Assembly (NCBI GenBank): GCA_035221665.1 | Contig: CM069155.1 | Location: forward strand, 29,822,001-29,886,000 | DNA: 64,000 nt | Origin: Okamejei kenojei | Taxonomy: Eukaryota | Reading direction: 5' to 3' | Part shown: positions 49,633 to 62,932 of the stretch, piece after piece | Layout of the letters: every line of letters starts with the position of its first letter | How positions within the stretch are numbered: position 1 is the stretch's first letter | Translations under genes and position numbers: made by a program | The notes under the pieces: generated by a model | The model's database searches: none | What the model saw: only the letters and a program-made list of their open reading frames with translations | What the model was told of the DNA's origin: nothing

Positions 49633-49955
49633 ACCCACGCGCCCCCACAGTGTCCGTTCTCCGACCATCAGCGGATGAAATCATGGGAAAGAACACCGCC
49701 ACCCTGGTGTGTTTGGTGAGCGGGTTTAATCCGGGCGCTGTGAACATTGAGTGGACTGTGGACGGCAATCCAAGAAGTGACGGTGTTGAGACCAGCCGAA
49801 TCCAACAGGAGACGGACAACACGTTCAGTGCGAGCAGTTACCTAACTCTGCCAGACACAGTCTGGAACTCCCACGAGCTTTACTCTTGTGTGGTTAAACA
49901 CGAGGCTCAGGCTAACCCGCTGAAGACACACATCGCCAAATCCACCTGTATGTAA
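49633..49955 (+). CDS. IGLC: Ig light chain type II (lambda) cluster 2, constant exon
   Basis: Acceptor TTTCAAACAG ends at 49632, phase 1. Translation is (N)PRAPTVSVL..KNTATLVCLVSGFNPG..WNSHELYSCVVKH..KSTCM*. Confidence 0.96.
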
Positions 49956-50176
49956 AATGCCTAAATTCCACCTAATCGAGTTGAGGAAATATTTGTTGAT
50001 ACCTCTTTCAATTGTCAAAAATAATTCGAGGAATATTCATTGTTGTCGACTAGCCTTTGCGTTTAAAATTGTCGTTTGTCTTATCATTAGTAAATGCCAT
50101 TCAATCAAAGCAATCCTAGTATTAATTGATAGTCAAATGTTATTGGAATTCTAATTAAATACATCTTCAAATATTC

Positions 50177-50182
50177 ATTAAA
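50177..50182 (+). terminator. Probable polyadenylation signal ATTAAA, cluster 2
   Basis: Positionally conserved with 17156-17161. Confidence 0.6.
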
Positions 50183-51209
50183 ACTCAGTGGTTTTTGCAT
50201 CCTATATTTTTGCTTTAACAAAAAAACAACTATCGAATACAATACAATCTTAATCTCTCTGTCTCTCTCTCTATTATCTGAATAGTGGACGAGGTGTGCG
50301 TACATATGCGTTATATCGGGCCTATTTTCAAAGGTGTGGAGAAAATAAAGGAACTGATATCACAATAATATCTAAAATTCTCTGTAGTTCGGCGGAATAG
50401 ATGCCGTTATTTCTGCTAATTGGTTGGACCAGTGGTGAAGTTTGCAATCTTTATTGAACATAGAACGTGGAATAGCACAAGAACTGACCTTTCCTACATA
50501 TAATTAATATCCCCAAATTCCTTCATATCCATGTGCCTATCCTAAATTCTGAATATTCTCCTTCCACCACAACCTATCATACCACAACGGTCTTTTATCC
50601 GTAGGTCAGCTGTGAATCCAAAGGCCCAAATCACCCAGAATCCTACTCAAGGTAATTTTCTAGATCAATTTACCATGAGTCTTCATCAAATGCCTTACAA
50701 AATCCATGTAGACAACATCCACCGCCCTACCTTCATCGATCACCTTCCTCATCTCGATAAAAACATGATCAAATTAGTAAAATATGAGCCATTTACAAAG
50801 TCATTCAAATTAACGCCCCTAATTAATCCATTCTCTTTCAAAGGGGAGTAAATCCTATCTGGGAGAATCCTCTACAATAGCTTCTCTACCACAGATGAGA
50901 GGATCGCTGGCCTATATATTTTTTTGGATTCTCTCTACCTCCCTTCTCAAATAAAGGAACACAATTAACTACTTCCCAGCGCTAATCACATCGCGTGTGA
51001 TTAGAGAACATCAAGGATCTCCGTCAAGGCTTCTGCTATCTGCCTGTCTCAATACTCTGGGACTTCCTGGGGATTTATATGCTGCAATGCTTTTCAAGGG
51101 CCCCAACACTTCATCTTAATCCCAATTGTTCATGCCATAATAGCATTCTCCACACTGAACTCACAATCCACCATGTCCTTGTCCTTTGCCTCTGTAATCC
51201 AACACAACA

Positions 51210-51340
51210 AAAGGGTCTGAAAAAGGGTCTCGACCCGAAACATCACCCATTCCTTCTCTCCAGAGATGCTGCCTGTCCCGCTGAGAGTCCAGCCTTTGAT
51301 GTCTATCTTCGGTTCAAACCAGCATCTGCAGTTTCTTCCT
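51210..51340 (+). mobile_element. Penelope pLTR fragment
   Basis: CTGAAAAAGGGTCTCGACCCGAAACATC..AGATGCTGCCTGTCCCGCTGAG..CCAGCATCTGCAGTT. Confidence 0.75.
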
Positions 51341-53144
51341 ATGCAACAAAGAGCTTTATCACTTACCCCTTGGCCATTCTAATCGCCCACGTGAATTCTT
51401 TGCCCATTGCTTTATTTTCATCAAAAGCCCTAGCTGACTTCATCTTCAGGAATGGGTTGGGTAATCAGGACTAAAACGGAAAGCATTCTTCGCTGAGTTT
51501 GGGATTCTTTACTGCAGCTGATCGCCAACACACAAGCAGATTGATATCTAAATGGTTCCCAATTGGGAATATTGGGATTGTTCAGTATGACACTGGAGCT
51601 AGTCTAAACGCTCAACCATGCATCCGGATGGAGGCATGCACAACCTACTTCTGCAGTTCTTATTTCTTCTTATGTTTCCAACTTGCATTTGCTCAAACTG
51701 AAAAATTGATGATGGTCAATTTTACATTGTAGCTTTCTAAATTTAATCTAAATTATTAATTTGGCCCTCTAAGTCAACCAACTGAGGGCAAATTCGAAGG
51801 ATAGCTGCTAGCATTTAGTTGCATCCAAATGTGCATTTTTATTGGTTTATTATTATCATCTACACCGTGGATACAGTGAAAAAACTTTCTGCGTGCGATC
51901 TCGTGAAATTATTCCATCTATGAGTGTCATTAAGCCATTTACAGGTGCAGCAGGTGGTACAAAAAGGAAAATACAGAGCAGAGATATAGTGCAGGGAAGT
52001 TATAACAATACAGTTGCAGCGAACGTGTATTTTTTTTTACATGTAAGTTCCTCAAAGAGCTAGGCTTGAAGCTGATGAGAGAATAGTTCAATAGTCTGAA
52101 AACAAGCTTTTAAATAGTCTGTCCGCAGGAAGAACAACGAACAGTAAATGACTGGAGTAAAACGGTGCTTGTTTACGTGGCCACTTCATGAGGCAGATGG
52201 AGTCTAAGGGGGGGGTGGTTGATTTAGTTATAGGCTGAGCTACATGCACAACTCTCTGCAGTACTGAGAGTTAACAATAATGCGAATAATTGCAGACCTA
52301 TCAAGAGAATCAAGATGTCACACGGGAATCATGGATTGAAACCACGTAGTACACATATAGTTGTTTCGATTTTTATCCTCAAATAATTCTGGCGACCTAC
52401 TGACAATGTTTGCTGTTTGATTTGTAATCGCTCCACCTTAATTGGCTGAGAATTACCTCCTATAATGCATCCACATGCAGGTAAATACAGGGGAGAAATT
52501 GTTGCATCTGTATTAGGAGATTATGGCGGGCGAATAAGCAGGCCACGCGTGGTGAATCAAAGGGAACAACACACAGGCGGATGGGGAGAGGTTGACAAGG
52601 GGTTCATTATATATACTAGGGCATACCCCTATACCTCGTGACAACTCCATCCCGCCATTACACAGTCACGTAACCCTACCCCCCGACTGCCGAGGGTTCG
52701 ATTAGTAAATGGCCTAACCACCGGGTGACGCCACTTGGTGCTTGAATTGGCCAAAAGTGGCAGAGTTGTGATCAGCATTAACTCGAGTTGGGGGAAGAAC
52801 TCATGCTTCATAAAATCAGCGAAACATTAGCATCACCAACAAGGGGGCATTCAAACCATCATGACTGCATGTCGAGATAGAACTACCCAGTCTAATTACA
52901 CATACCAACATTATCACTGCAGCACTGCAAATATTGGCTCTTTGCATGCAAAACCATCTACTTTTTGCTGTGACGTTATATTCCGGTTCCGGCGACTTTT
53001 ACTTAAAAATTACCTTCGGTCGCATGGCACAAGGTTATCACAAATCAGGTGTAAATTATAATAAATACGCGCCTCACTCATCTGGATTAAAACTTCCGTG
53101 TTGGAGGGAACTGGTTTACACGGAAGATAACCGCAAACGCACGA

Positions 53145-53547
53145 CAGGGAACATCTATAGAGAAGGAACTGGTGACCTTTCGGGTCGAGACCCTTCTTCA
53201 GATTGAGAGTAAAGGGAGAGGGAGACAAAGAGATAAAGAAGGGTAAGGTGTGAAACGAGAGATTAGAGGGGACGTGGATTAAGGAAAATGTAGAATAGAT
53301 CATTGTTTGCTGAGGGGAAGGTGGCAACGAGGCACACAAAGTTATTTGAATCAGGACAGGGGGACTAGTCGGTGAGCTAGGATGGGTGAGGGGATGGAGA
53401 GAGAGAGAAAGCAAGGGATACTTGGTTAGAAAAGTCAATATTCATAACGCTGAGTTATAAGCTGCCCAAGCGAAATATGGGGTGCTGTTCCACCAGTTTG
53501 CGTTGGGCCTCACTCTCACAGTGGAAGAGGCCCAGGACACAAAGGTC
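53145..53547 (-). mobile_element. Penelope 3' fragment, split by a CR1 insertion (resumes at about 58352-58385)
   Basis: Similar to 2425-2890. The sequence ...AAAGGTCA|GTATGGGAATGAGAG rejoins across the CR1. Confidence 0.75.
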
Positions 53548-56077
53548 AATAGACAATAGCTGCAGGAGTAGGCCATTTGGCCCTTCGAGCTGCCTTTCAA
53601 TGTGATCATGGCTGATCATCCCCAATCAGTACCCCGTTCCTGCCTTCTCCCCATACCCCCTGACTCTGCTATCTTTAAGAGCCCTATCTAGCTCTCTCTT
53701 GAAAGCATCCAGAGAACCTGCCTCCACCGCCCTCTGAGGCAGAGAATTCCACAGACTCACCACTCTCTGTGAGAAAAAGTGTTTCCTCGTCTCTGTTCTA
53801 AACGGCTTACTTCTTATTCTTAAACTGTGGCCCCTGGTTCAGGACTCCCCCAACATCGGGAACATGTTTCCTGCCTCTAGCATGTCCAAGATTTATCAAT
53901 CTTATATGTTTCAATGAGATCTCCTCTCACTCTTCTAAACTCCAGAGTGTAGAAGCCCAGCTGCTCCATTCTCTCGGCATATGACAGTCCCGCCATGCCA
54001 GGAATTAACCCTGTAAACCTACACTGCACGCCCTCAATAGCAAGAATGTCCTTCCTCAAATTAGGGGACCAAAACTGCACACAATACTCCAGATGTGGTC
54101 TCACTAGGGCTCTGTACAACTGCAGAAGGACCTCTTTGCTCCTATAATCGATTCATCTTGTTATAAAGGCCAACATGCCATTCACTTTCTTCACTGCATG
54201 CTGCACCCACATGCTTACTTTCATAGACTGATGTACAAGGACCCCCACTTCCCCTATTCCCAACGATGCCATTTAGATAGTAATCTGCCTTCCTGTTTTT
54301 GCTACCAAAGTGGATAACCTCACATTTATCCACATTAAACTTCATCTGCCATGCATTTGCCCACTCCCCCAACCTGTCCAAGTCACCCTGCATTCTCATA
54401 GCATCTTCCACACAGCTCATACTGCCACCTAGCTTTGTGTCATCTGCAAATTTGCTAATGTTACTTTGAATCCCTTCATCCAAATCATTGATGTATATTG
54501 TAAATAGCTGCGGTCCCAGCACCGAGCCTTGCGGTACCCCACTGGTCACTGCCTGATATTCTGAAATGGACCCGTTAATCCCTACTTTTTGTTTACTGTC
54601 TGCCAACCACTTCTCTATCCATGTCAGCATTCTACCCCCAATACCATGTGCCCTAATTTTGCCCACTAATCTCCTATGTGGGACCTTATCAAATGCTTTC
54701 TGAAAGTCCAGGTACACTGCATCCACTGGCTCTCCCTCGTCCATTTTCCTAGTTACATCTTCAAAAAATTCCAGAAGATTAGTCAAGCATGATTTCCCCT
54801 TCGTAAATCTATGCTGACTTGGACCGATCCTGTTACTGCTATCCAAATGTGCGGCTATCTCATCTTTTATAATTGACTCCAGCATCTTCCCCACCACCAA
54901 TGTCAGGCTAAGTGGTCTATAATTCCCCGTTTTCTCTCTCCCGCTTTTCTTAAAAAGTGGGTTAACATTAGCTACCCTCCAATCCACAGGAACTGATCCC
55001 CAGTCTATAGAACATTGGAAAATTATCACCAATGCATCCACGATTTCTAGAGCCACTTCCTTATGTACCCTGGGATGCAGACCGTCAGGTCCTGTGGATT
55101 TATCAGCCTTCAGTCCCATCAGTCTATCCAACACCATTTCCTGCCTAATGTGGATTTCCTTCAGTTCCTCTGTCACCCCAGATCCTCTGGCCACTACTAT
55201 ATCAGGATGATTGTTTGTGTCCTCCTTAGTGAAGACAGATCCAAAGTACCTGTTCAACTCATCTGCCATTTCCTTGTTCCCCATAATAAATTCAGCTTTT
55301 TCGGTCTTCAAGGGTCCAACTTTGGTCTTAACTATTGTTTTCCTCTTCACATACCTAAATAAGCTTTTACTATCCTGCTTTATATTCTTGGCTAGCTTAC
55401 CTTCGTACCTCATCTTTTCTTCCCGTATTATCTTTTTGGTTATCTTCTGATGTTCTTTAAACATTACCCAATCCTCTTGCTTTCCGCTCATCTTGGCTAC
55501 GTTGTACTTCTTCACTTTAATTTTTATACTGTGCCTGACGTCCCTTGTCAGCCATGGTCGTCCCTTTCTCCGCTTGAAATCTTTCTTCCTCCTAGGAATC
55601 AACTGATCCTGCACCTTCTGCATTATTCCTAGAAACACCTGCCATTCTTGTTCCACTGTCATCCCTGCTAGTGTATCTTTCCAGTCAATTTTGGCCAGCT
55701 CCTCCCTCATGGCCCCATGGTCCCCTTTATTCAACTGCCACACTGACACCTCTGATCTACTCTTCTCCCTCTCCAATTGTAGATTAAACCTGACCATGTT
55801 ATTGTCACTGCCTCCTAATGGCTCATTAACCTCGAGGCCCTTTATCAAGTCCTGTTCATTGCATAACACTAAATCCAGAATTGCCTTCACCCTGGTAGGC
55901 TCCAATACAAGCTATTCAAACAATCCATCATGAAGGCACTCTACAAAGTCCCTTTCTTGGGGTCCAGTACCAACCAGATTTTCCCAGTCTACCTGCATGT
56001 TGAAATCTCCCATAACGACCACAGCATTACTTTTGCTACATGCCAATTTTAAATCCTGATTCAACTTGCGCCCTATG

Positions 56078-56495
56078 TCTGGATAGACTTGGCTTGTACT
56101 CCCTAGAAATTCGAAGACTGAGGGGGGATCTTATAGAAACGTACAAAATTCTTAAGGGGTTGGAGAGGCTAGATACAGGAAAATTGTTCCCGATGTTGGG
56201 GAGGTCCAGAACAAGGAGTCACCGTCTAAGGATAAGGGGGAATTCCTTTAGGACCGAGATTCCTTTAGCACAGAGAGTGGTGAGTCTCTGGAATTCTCTG
56301 CCACAGAAGGTAGTTGAGGCCAGTTCATTGGCTATATTTAAGAGGGAGTTAGATGTGGCCTTGTGTCTAAATGGAACAGGGGGTATGGAGAGAAGGCAGG
56401 TACAGGATACTGAGTTGGATGATCAGCCATGCAGGCGGTGCAGGCTCAAAGGGCCAAGTGGCCTACTCCTGCACCTATTTTCTATGTTTCTATGT
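56078..56495 (+). mobile_element. CR1 3' fragment nested antisense in the CR1 endonuclease
   Basis: LDRLGLYSLE..QRVVSLWNSLP, a (TTCTATGT) tail, and CTATGTC at both junctions. Confidence 0.88.
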
Positions 56496-58094
56496 CCAGG
56501 CTACTGTTTGGGGGTCTGTAGTTTCTTTTTACCCTTACAATTCCTTAGTTCTATCCATACTGACTCCACATCTCCTGTTTCAATATTACCCTTAGCAAGG
56601 GAATGAATTTCATTCCTCACCAACAGGGCAACCCCACCCCCTCTGCCCACCCTTTTCGATAGGAGGAATATCCTTGAATATTCAGTTCCCAGTCCTGGCC
56701 CTCTTGCAGCCATGACTCAGTAATTCCCACAACATCATACTTGCCAGTTTCTAACTAAGCTTCAAGCTTGTCCACTTTATTCCTCATACTTCGCGCATTC
56801 ATATACAGTACTTTGACCTCCGTATTCACTTTCCTTCTCGCAATTGGCCCTGACCTTACTCTGTTGTCGATTCTCAAGCTTTCCTTCCCATTAATACAAG
56901 AATCTTTTGTAATTTTTCCTGTAGCCACTTCCCCTTCAACTCCATCATTATACTCCCAATTTGCCATTCTCTCCCTCCCACTATTTAGTTTAAACCCACA
57001 CGTGTAGCCCTAGCAAACCTGCCTTGCAGAATATCAGTCCCCCTCCAGTTAAGGTGTAACCCGTCCCTTTTGTACAGGTCACCCATACCCCAGAAGAGAT
57101 CCTAGTGGTCTATAAATCTAAATCCTTGCTCCCTGCACCAGCCCCTCAGCCACACATTCAGATCCCCTATCTCCCTGTTCCTGTCCTCACTAGCACGTGG
57201 TACTGGAAGCAATCCAGAGAATAACCACCCTAGAAGTCCGGCTTTTCAGTCTTCTTCCCAACTCTCTGAAGTCATGTTGGAGAACCTCCTTCCTCTTCTT
57301 CCCGATGTTGTTTGTGCCTGTGTGCACAACTACTGCCGGCTGTTCACCTTCTCTCTCGAGGACGTTCAGAATTCGGCTCATGACATCCTGAACCCTGGCA
57401 CCAGGGAATCACCAGACCATCCTCGCATCTCGTCTGCCGCCACAGAATCTCCGGTCCGCTCCTCGGACAATGGAGTCACCCACCACTAGGGCTCTGCCCA
57501 ATGTTGGTCTCGCCCCATCTCCAGGATTGGAGCCACCGACGTGTCCGCGCTCGGACTGGAAACATAGTCTCCCCGGACAGTTCCCAAAAGGGCGTACCTG
57601 TTTTCATTTGGCACAGCCACCTGGGTCTTCCGCACTCCGCAATTTCCACCCTTTCTCTCCATCACACACCTTGGTCCTTCCCGTAACCTCGGCGTGACTA
57701 CCTCACTATAGTTCCTGTCCAGGAAACTCTCATTTTCCCGGATGGCCCCGAGGTCATCCAGCCGCTTCTCCAGTGCCCCAACACGGTCGTTTAGGAGCTG
57801 AAGCTGGACGCACTTGCCACTGTTGTAGCAGCCAGAGGCTCCATCCGTGTCCCTGGGCTCCCACATTCCACAAGTCTCACACTGTCTCATCTGCCCTGAC
57901 ATGTGTTCACCGTGTTCCGTCGTCTCGCACTTTATGTGTATCCTCCTCTCCTCAGCCTCCTCGCCGAAGACTCTCGAGCCAAAGACTCACTCTTTACTCA
58001 CAAGGGCGCACCCTCACTGCCGCTCCCTAAGGGACGCCTTGCTTATATTGACTGATAAATTGCCTAATTTACAAACCAAATTCCTCAGTTTTAA

Positions 58095-58352
58095 ACTGTT
58101 TTCCCCCTCTGACTCACTCTCCTCCCACTCAGGCTAGAGCCAATCAGTGCTTTCTCCTGCTTCTCTTTGTTGCTGTTGCTTCAAAACCCACGGGAGCTCT
58201 GAGTTAAGTCTGCCTGTGCTTTGTATCTCCTTTTCAACTGTTTTCCCCCTCTGACTCACTTCTAAATCTCCTCCCACTCGGGCTAGAGCCAATCAGTGCT
58301 TTCTCCTGCTTCTCTTTGTTGTTGTTGCTTCAAAATCCACGGGAGCTCTGAG
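58095..58352. repeat. Tandem duplication (about 110-120 bp) in the CR1 5' UTR
   Basis: AACTGTTTTCCCCCTCTGACTCACT...GGGAGCTCTGAGT occurs twice. Confidence 0.85.
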
Positions 58353-60696
58353 TATGGGAATGAGAGTGGTAGTTAAAGTGTTAAACATAGGAATGGGCAC
58401 TTCTCAGTCGTTGTGACAAAGATGAAACAAGGGCATTATTAATACCTAAATCGCAGTTATGGCGATGCTCGAAATGCCTGACTGGAATATTTGCTCCAGT
58501 TCCGATAAATTGCTGAAATTGCAGAATGTCAGTTCAAATTTAAAAAGGAGTGAAGCGGAATCAACTTGTGATATACAGAGTTTGAGATGCACCAACTGGT
58601 CTTCTGACGGCTGAAGAGGAAACAAAATGGATTACCACTCCTTAATTGGATAGGTATGGAACAATGCAGAGCTCAATTAACCACATATGTGCACATCTGG
58701 ACACATATTTAAGTATTGAGGTATTCGTGTCAAATGTAGCACCTAGCTACGAACTAGAAAGTCTCAGTGTTCCTGGAGAGCCACCAACGTGATGTAATAT
58801 CAGAAAGGGAATTAATTGCTGCAATGTTATTCCATGTAGTTGGAGAGTAGAGGAGAGGACATGTCGAATGGATAAACTCCACTGAGAGGAAGTAATTATG
58901 AGCCATGATCCTGGCCACAAATAATGACATTTCTGAGTTTTGTTATAGTGATTTCACCGTTGTTACCAGTTGAAGCTTCGATGCAGAAAGTCGAAAGCAT
59001 GAATAGCGACAATGCATTCAAAATGTTTGTAAAGTGGCGGAGATTAAAATTGTCTCAGTGGGCCGAAGAGCATGTTTCCGCGCTGTATTTCTAAACTAAA
59101 CTAAATAAACAAAACAAAAGATCAAAATCACACAACACAGACGAAAAATGGAACGCCGTGTGAAGTGCTTCAGTCGAAAAGAAAAGATTAAATTACTAAA
59201 GTTATGTTTGCTTAAGACACACACATCAGATTTTTTTTAATATGCCACTGCAGGACTTGGACATATTCTGCAATCGCGGTGAACTTTCCAATACGGTAAT
59301 AAGCAAGACGGGCAATCTTCAAGCAGTTGTGGTTCATATAAAACGTTGAATCAAGGCCCAATCTTCTTTCTCTGGAGGAGATAAAGATGCCACGCCGCTA
59401 CTGGTGGAGCAGTGATACTCTGACGAAAGCTAATCAACAAATAACACAATTGCAACATGTGGTCCATACATTTTTCATTGCTTTTTCAATCAATCATCAT
59501 CAAAGACTTTATTGTTATTCAAAAATACACAACAAATGCAAGTTGCGTCTGGCTTACCGTGCAACATAAAATAACAAAAGGATAAAATAGATAAAAAGAT
59601 AAAATAGATAATAGTGGCAGCACATTATATGGAATTCAAGAGTCGCAGCAAATCAACCACAGAATTGTTTCACGTTAGCTGCAACGTTCCTGCATCGCAT
59701 CAAGGGACAGAACCGATCGATACAGTGAAATATAACATTGAGATACATTTTGCTTATGTCTTAATAATTAAGTTTCATTGTATTGAATCGCACTCGTGTC
59801 ATGACTGATGTTAGATAAATGGAGACGATGTCCTTTTTTCAAAATAAGAAATAAAAGATGCCTTGGAGTTACACGGGATAAATAATTAGTGAAAAGACAG
59901 ATACAAAGCAGAACAAGAAACACCAGTAGCGTGGAGCAGTCCCAAGTGTACCTGGAATCTGATACGAGAGTAATTGACATTAAGGTTGCAGATCAAACTA
60001 CTATCACTTCCTCACAATGGTCTCTCAGCCTCTCAACATCACTGCTTTTCAATGAAACCAGTGCTACAATCAATCGACAATTCTAGACACATTTCCCATT
60101 CTCAATCGTGACCTTCATTTTATCTAAAAATGTTCGCGATGGTGTTGAACATTTCCAGCCTACATTTCTTTGCTAGAGCATCTTCCGTATTTTCCCTTAT
60201 GTTTTAATTCTCATCCCCGGAGAGCTATTTATTTCACCGCCATTTCTTCTCTGGCAACTTCCAACTTAAAGAAGTGCCGTCCCTCCCTTCGACAGGATAT
60301 CCGTTTCCCTCCTTGACCTTATTGAATGAATGAATTAATGGTTTATTTCGGTCATACATTAAAAAGAACAAAACTTTAACAATCTGTGTGAATATGAACC
60401 AACACTGTATCCATTTCACACAATGTTCACATAATCAACGACCAAAAAAGGAATAGACTGCAGCCACAAAGCTTATTTTTGCCTATCCTATACAATCCAT
60501 AAGATAACCCAGAATATCATCAGCATTACAAAGGAAAGAAAAAAAATAAAATGTACTCTAAATTGTAATCCTTATCTATTTGATATTTTAATCATTTTAC
60601 ATTATAATCCTTAATTATTTTACATTTTAAGGCTTTTTTGAAACTCGACAGGGAGAATCAAAATTTCAACTCATCACTAAGCCCGCTCTATAATTT

Positions 60697-62932
60697 TTTT
60701 CACGTTAGTCTTTATTGCTTTTATGTATACACAAATAAAACACAAACATAACAATGAAACATACAACAATGCAGTGAAACGTACAACAGTGTAGCGGGGG
60801 GTTCAGTTTACAATTAATGATGCAGTACACAGAATCATTTGTCTTATTAAAACATTTTCCAATAACTTACATTTTTGTCAATAAAATTATACAGTGTTGA
60901 TGTCTTTATTTCTATACCTAATCCATTTTCCCCCATTTTCTGTTAAACTCGTCTTCTTTCACTCTTAGAGAATATGTCATTTTCTCCAGGACAAATATTT
61001 CCTGTACTATGTCTAATCATTGTCTAAGTCTGGGTGTGTCCGCTGCAAGCCAGTTTATTGTAATGGCCTTTCTGCCAGCTGTGAGTAGGATTTTAACCAA
61101 GTAATGATCTTTCTTCAGCACCACTGTAGTTATATTACCCAGGTATAAAATGGAACACTTCTTGGAGACTATATACCCTAACTAGACTAATTGGGACCCG
61201 TTGGCCCAAGCATGACATGGGAGGGCTGGTCACCAACGCAATATTCGAGCTCCCCACCAATTCCAATATTGTTCACCAGTGGGGGGTGGGGGCTTTCTGT
61301 TGCGCTGGTATGGGTGTTGTGGGCAGAAGGTACTGGTTTCCAGAGGGCTAGCATAGACATTGAGGGCCAAATGGATTCTTGGGCTGACAACTTACTGTTG
61401 CAATGATTTTAAAAGCCAAGAGAAGGCAAACAATTTTGGCCACTAGACAACCAAAATCCATTTTGTGAACACAAACTTTTTTAAAAGGCGAGGCAAACAA
61501 TTGGGCTGCAGCCACCCCACAACCAAAATTCATTTTGTGAACACAAACTTTAAAAAAAAAAAGGCGAGGCAAACAATTTGGCAGCAGCCACATCGAGGGA
61601 ACTCACCTTGGAGCAGACGTGCATTCAGTGTAATTCACAGCTCAGAGACGCGTGACCCTCTTGCTTCCTGGGTCTGGCAGAGACTGTGAGGCACAACACT
61701 TCCGGGTTTTATAGTCCCTGCCCCCTTCCCCCTGCCGCCAGCGGGGGCAGCAGAGAGAACAGAGAGAATGAGGGAATTTTTTTTAAATATTAATTTCTCC
61801 CTCATTTCTCATCGAAAGGGAAAAATCCTCTGGTCCCGGAAGGCGGAGGGGGGCTCTGAGCGAGGTGGCCAAATATGACGCCCATAGGTGGCGGCATTCC
61901 CTTGGAAATTGCAACGCAGTGGGCCAAAAGTGGTCAAGATCAGACTTTAAGTATTATAGATACCTCCTTTAATTCTGAATTCACTCCGTCCCAAAATGGT
62001 TCTATTTTTGGGCAACTCCAGAAAATATGTGCATGATTTGCGTCTGTTTGCCCACATTGCCTCCAGCATGTTTGCTGCCTTAGAATTTGCTTGCTTTTTA
62101 TGTTAGGCCTAATAAATAAATGTTTCCAATTAAATTCGCTCCATTTTTGTGAATTAGTGGATGTCTGTAGTGTTACCCACATATGATGCCATTCTTCTTC
62201 TGAGATTATGATGTTCAATTTCCTTTACCCACTTAAAGTTTGCATAAAATGTAGTTTTAGCTTGACATTCCATTAAACTATGATAAAGTTTAGAATTAAC
62301 CCTTAATGTTTTTTGATGATATGCATTAACTATCACTTCTATCACTGGATTTGTTTCTTCTAGTGCCTCCCCTTTTACTTTTTTTGTAATAATCTCTCAG
62401 TTGGAGGTATCTAAACAAATCTTGGTTCCGATGTGCAAATCTATCCTTCAAATCTTGAAAACTTCCTAGGTCTCCATTTTCAATAACAGTACAAAATGCA
62501 GTCATTCCTTTCTTCACCCACTCTTTAAATGTTGAGTCATACATCCCTACTTAAAATTCATTATCCAAAGCTATCCATCTTAAAACTTTTTTTCGTTTAT
62601 TCAGTTTAAGTTGTCTGGTAAGAGTGAACCAGGTTTCTAAAGTAAATATCGTTATTGGATCGATTATACTCCTGATATGTCCAGGAAGCGCTTTTTTTCC
62701 CCCAAGAGTGTTTGGATGTGGAAGTCAGGGATATATGTCTCAATCTTTTTCCACCTAGCTATACAGCTGTCCTCACACCAATTAATTAGTGGTCGAAGTT
62801 GGGCTGCATAGAAATATATCCTAAAATTTGGAAGTGCCATTCCACCTTTGTTCTTTGGCAACTGGAGTGTAGTGTATCGAATTCTGGCCTTCTTTCCTCC
62901 CCAAATAAATCTAGATATTAATTTATCCTATT
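60697..62932 (-). mobile_element. 5'-truncated L1 LINE
   Basis: FIWGG, GGMALPNF.IY, CWRQCG..HIFWSCP, AATAAA and poly(A). TSD CCGCTCYATAATTT at 60683-60696 and 62933-62946. Confidence 0.88.
61182..61960 (-). mobile_element. Non-autonomous Helitron
   Basis: The minus strand begins TC and ends CTAG, with a subterminal GC-rich hairpin remnant. It is inserted between A and T with no TSD; removal restores the L1 frame SELKEVLGY. Confidence 0.82.

Larger units (their letters stand above)
53548..58352 (-). mobile_element. Near full-length CR1 LINE (5' UTR, ORF1, ORF2 EN-RT, 3' tail), frameshifted
   Basis: ORF1 has CETCGMW and HTGTNNIG. ORF2 54142..55905 has GPDGLHP, GNYRPLSLT, YLDFQKAFDKV, GVPQGSVLGP and KFADDTK. 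Confidence 0.94.

Noticed and set aside
52509-52662. Possible solo LTR or MITE (TGTA...TACA, ATGGCGGG/CCCGCCAT)
   Set aside because: No matching TSD and no second copy in the window, so it cannot be supported.
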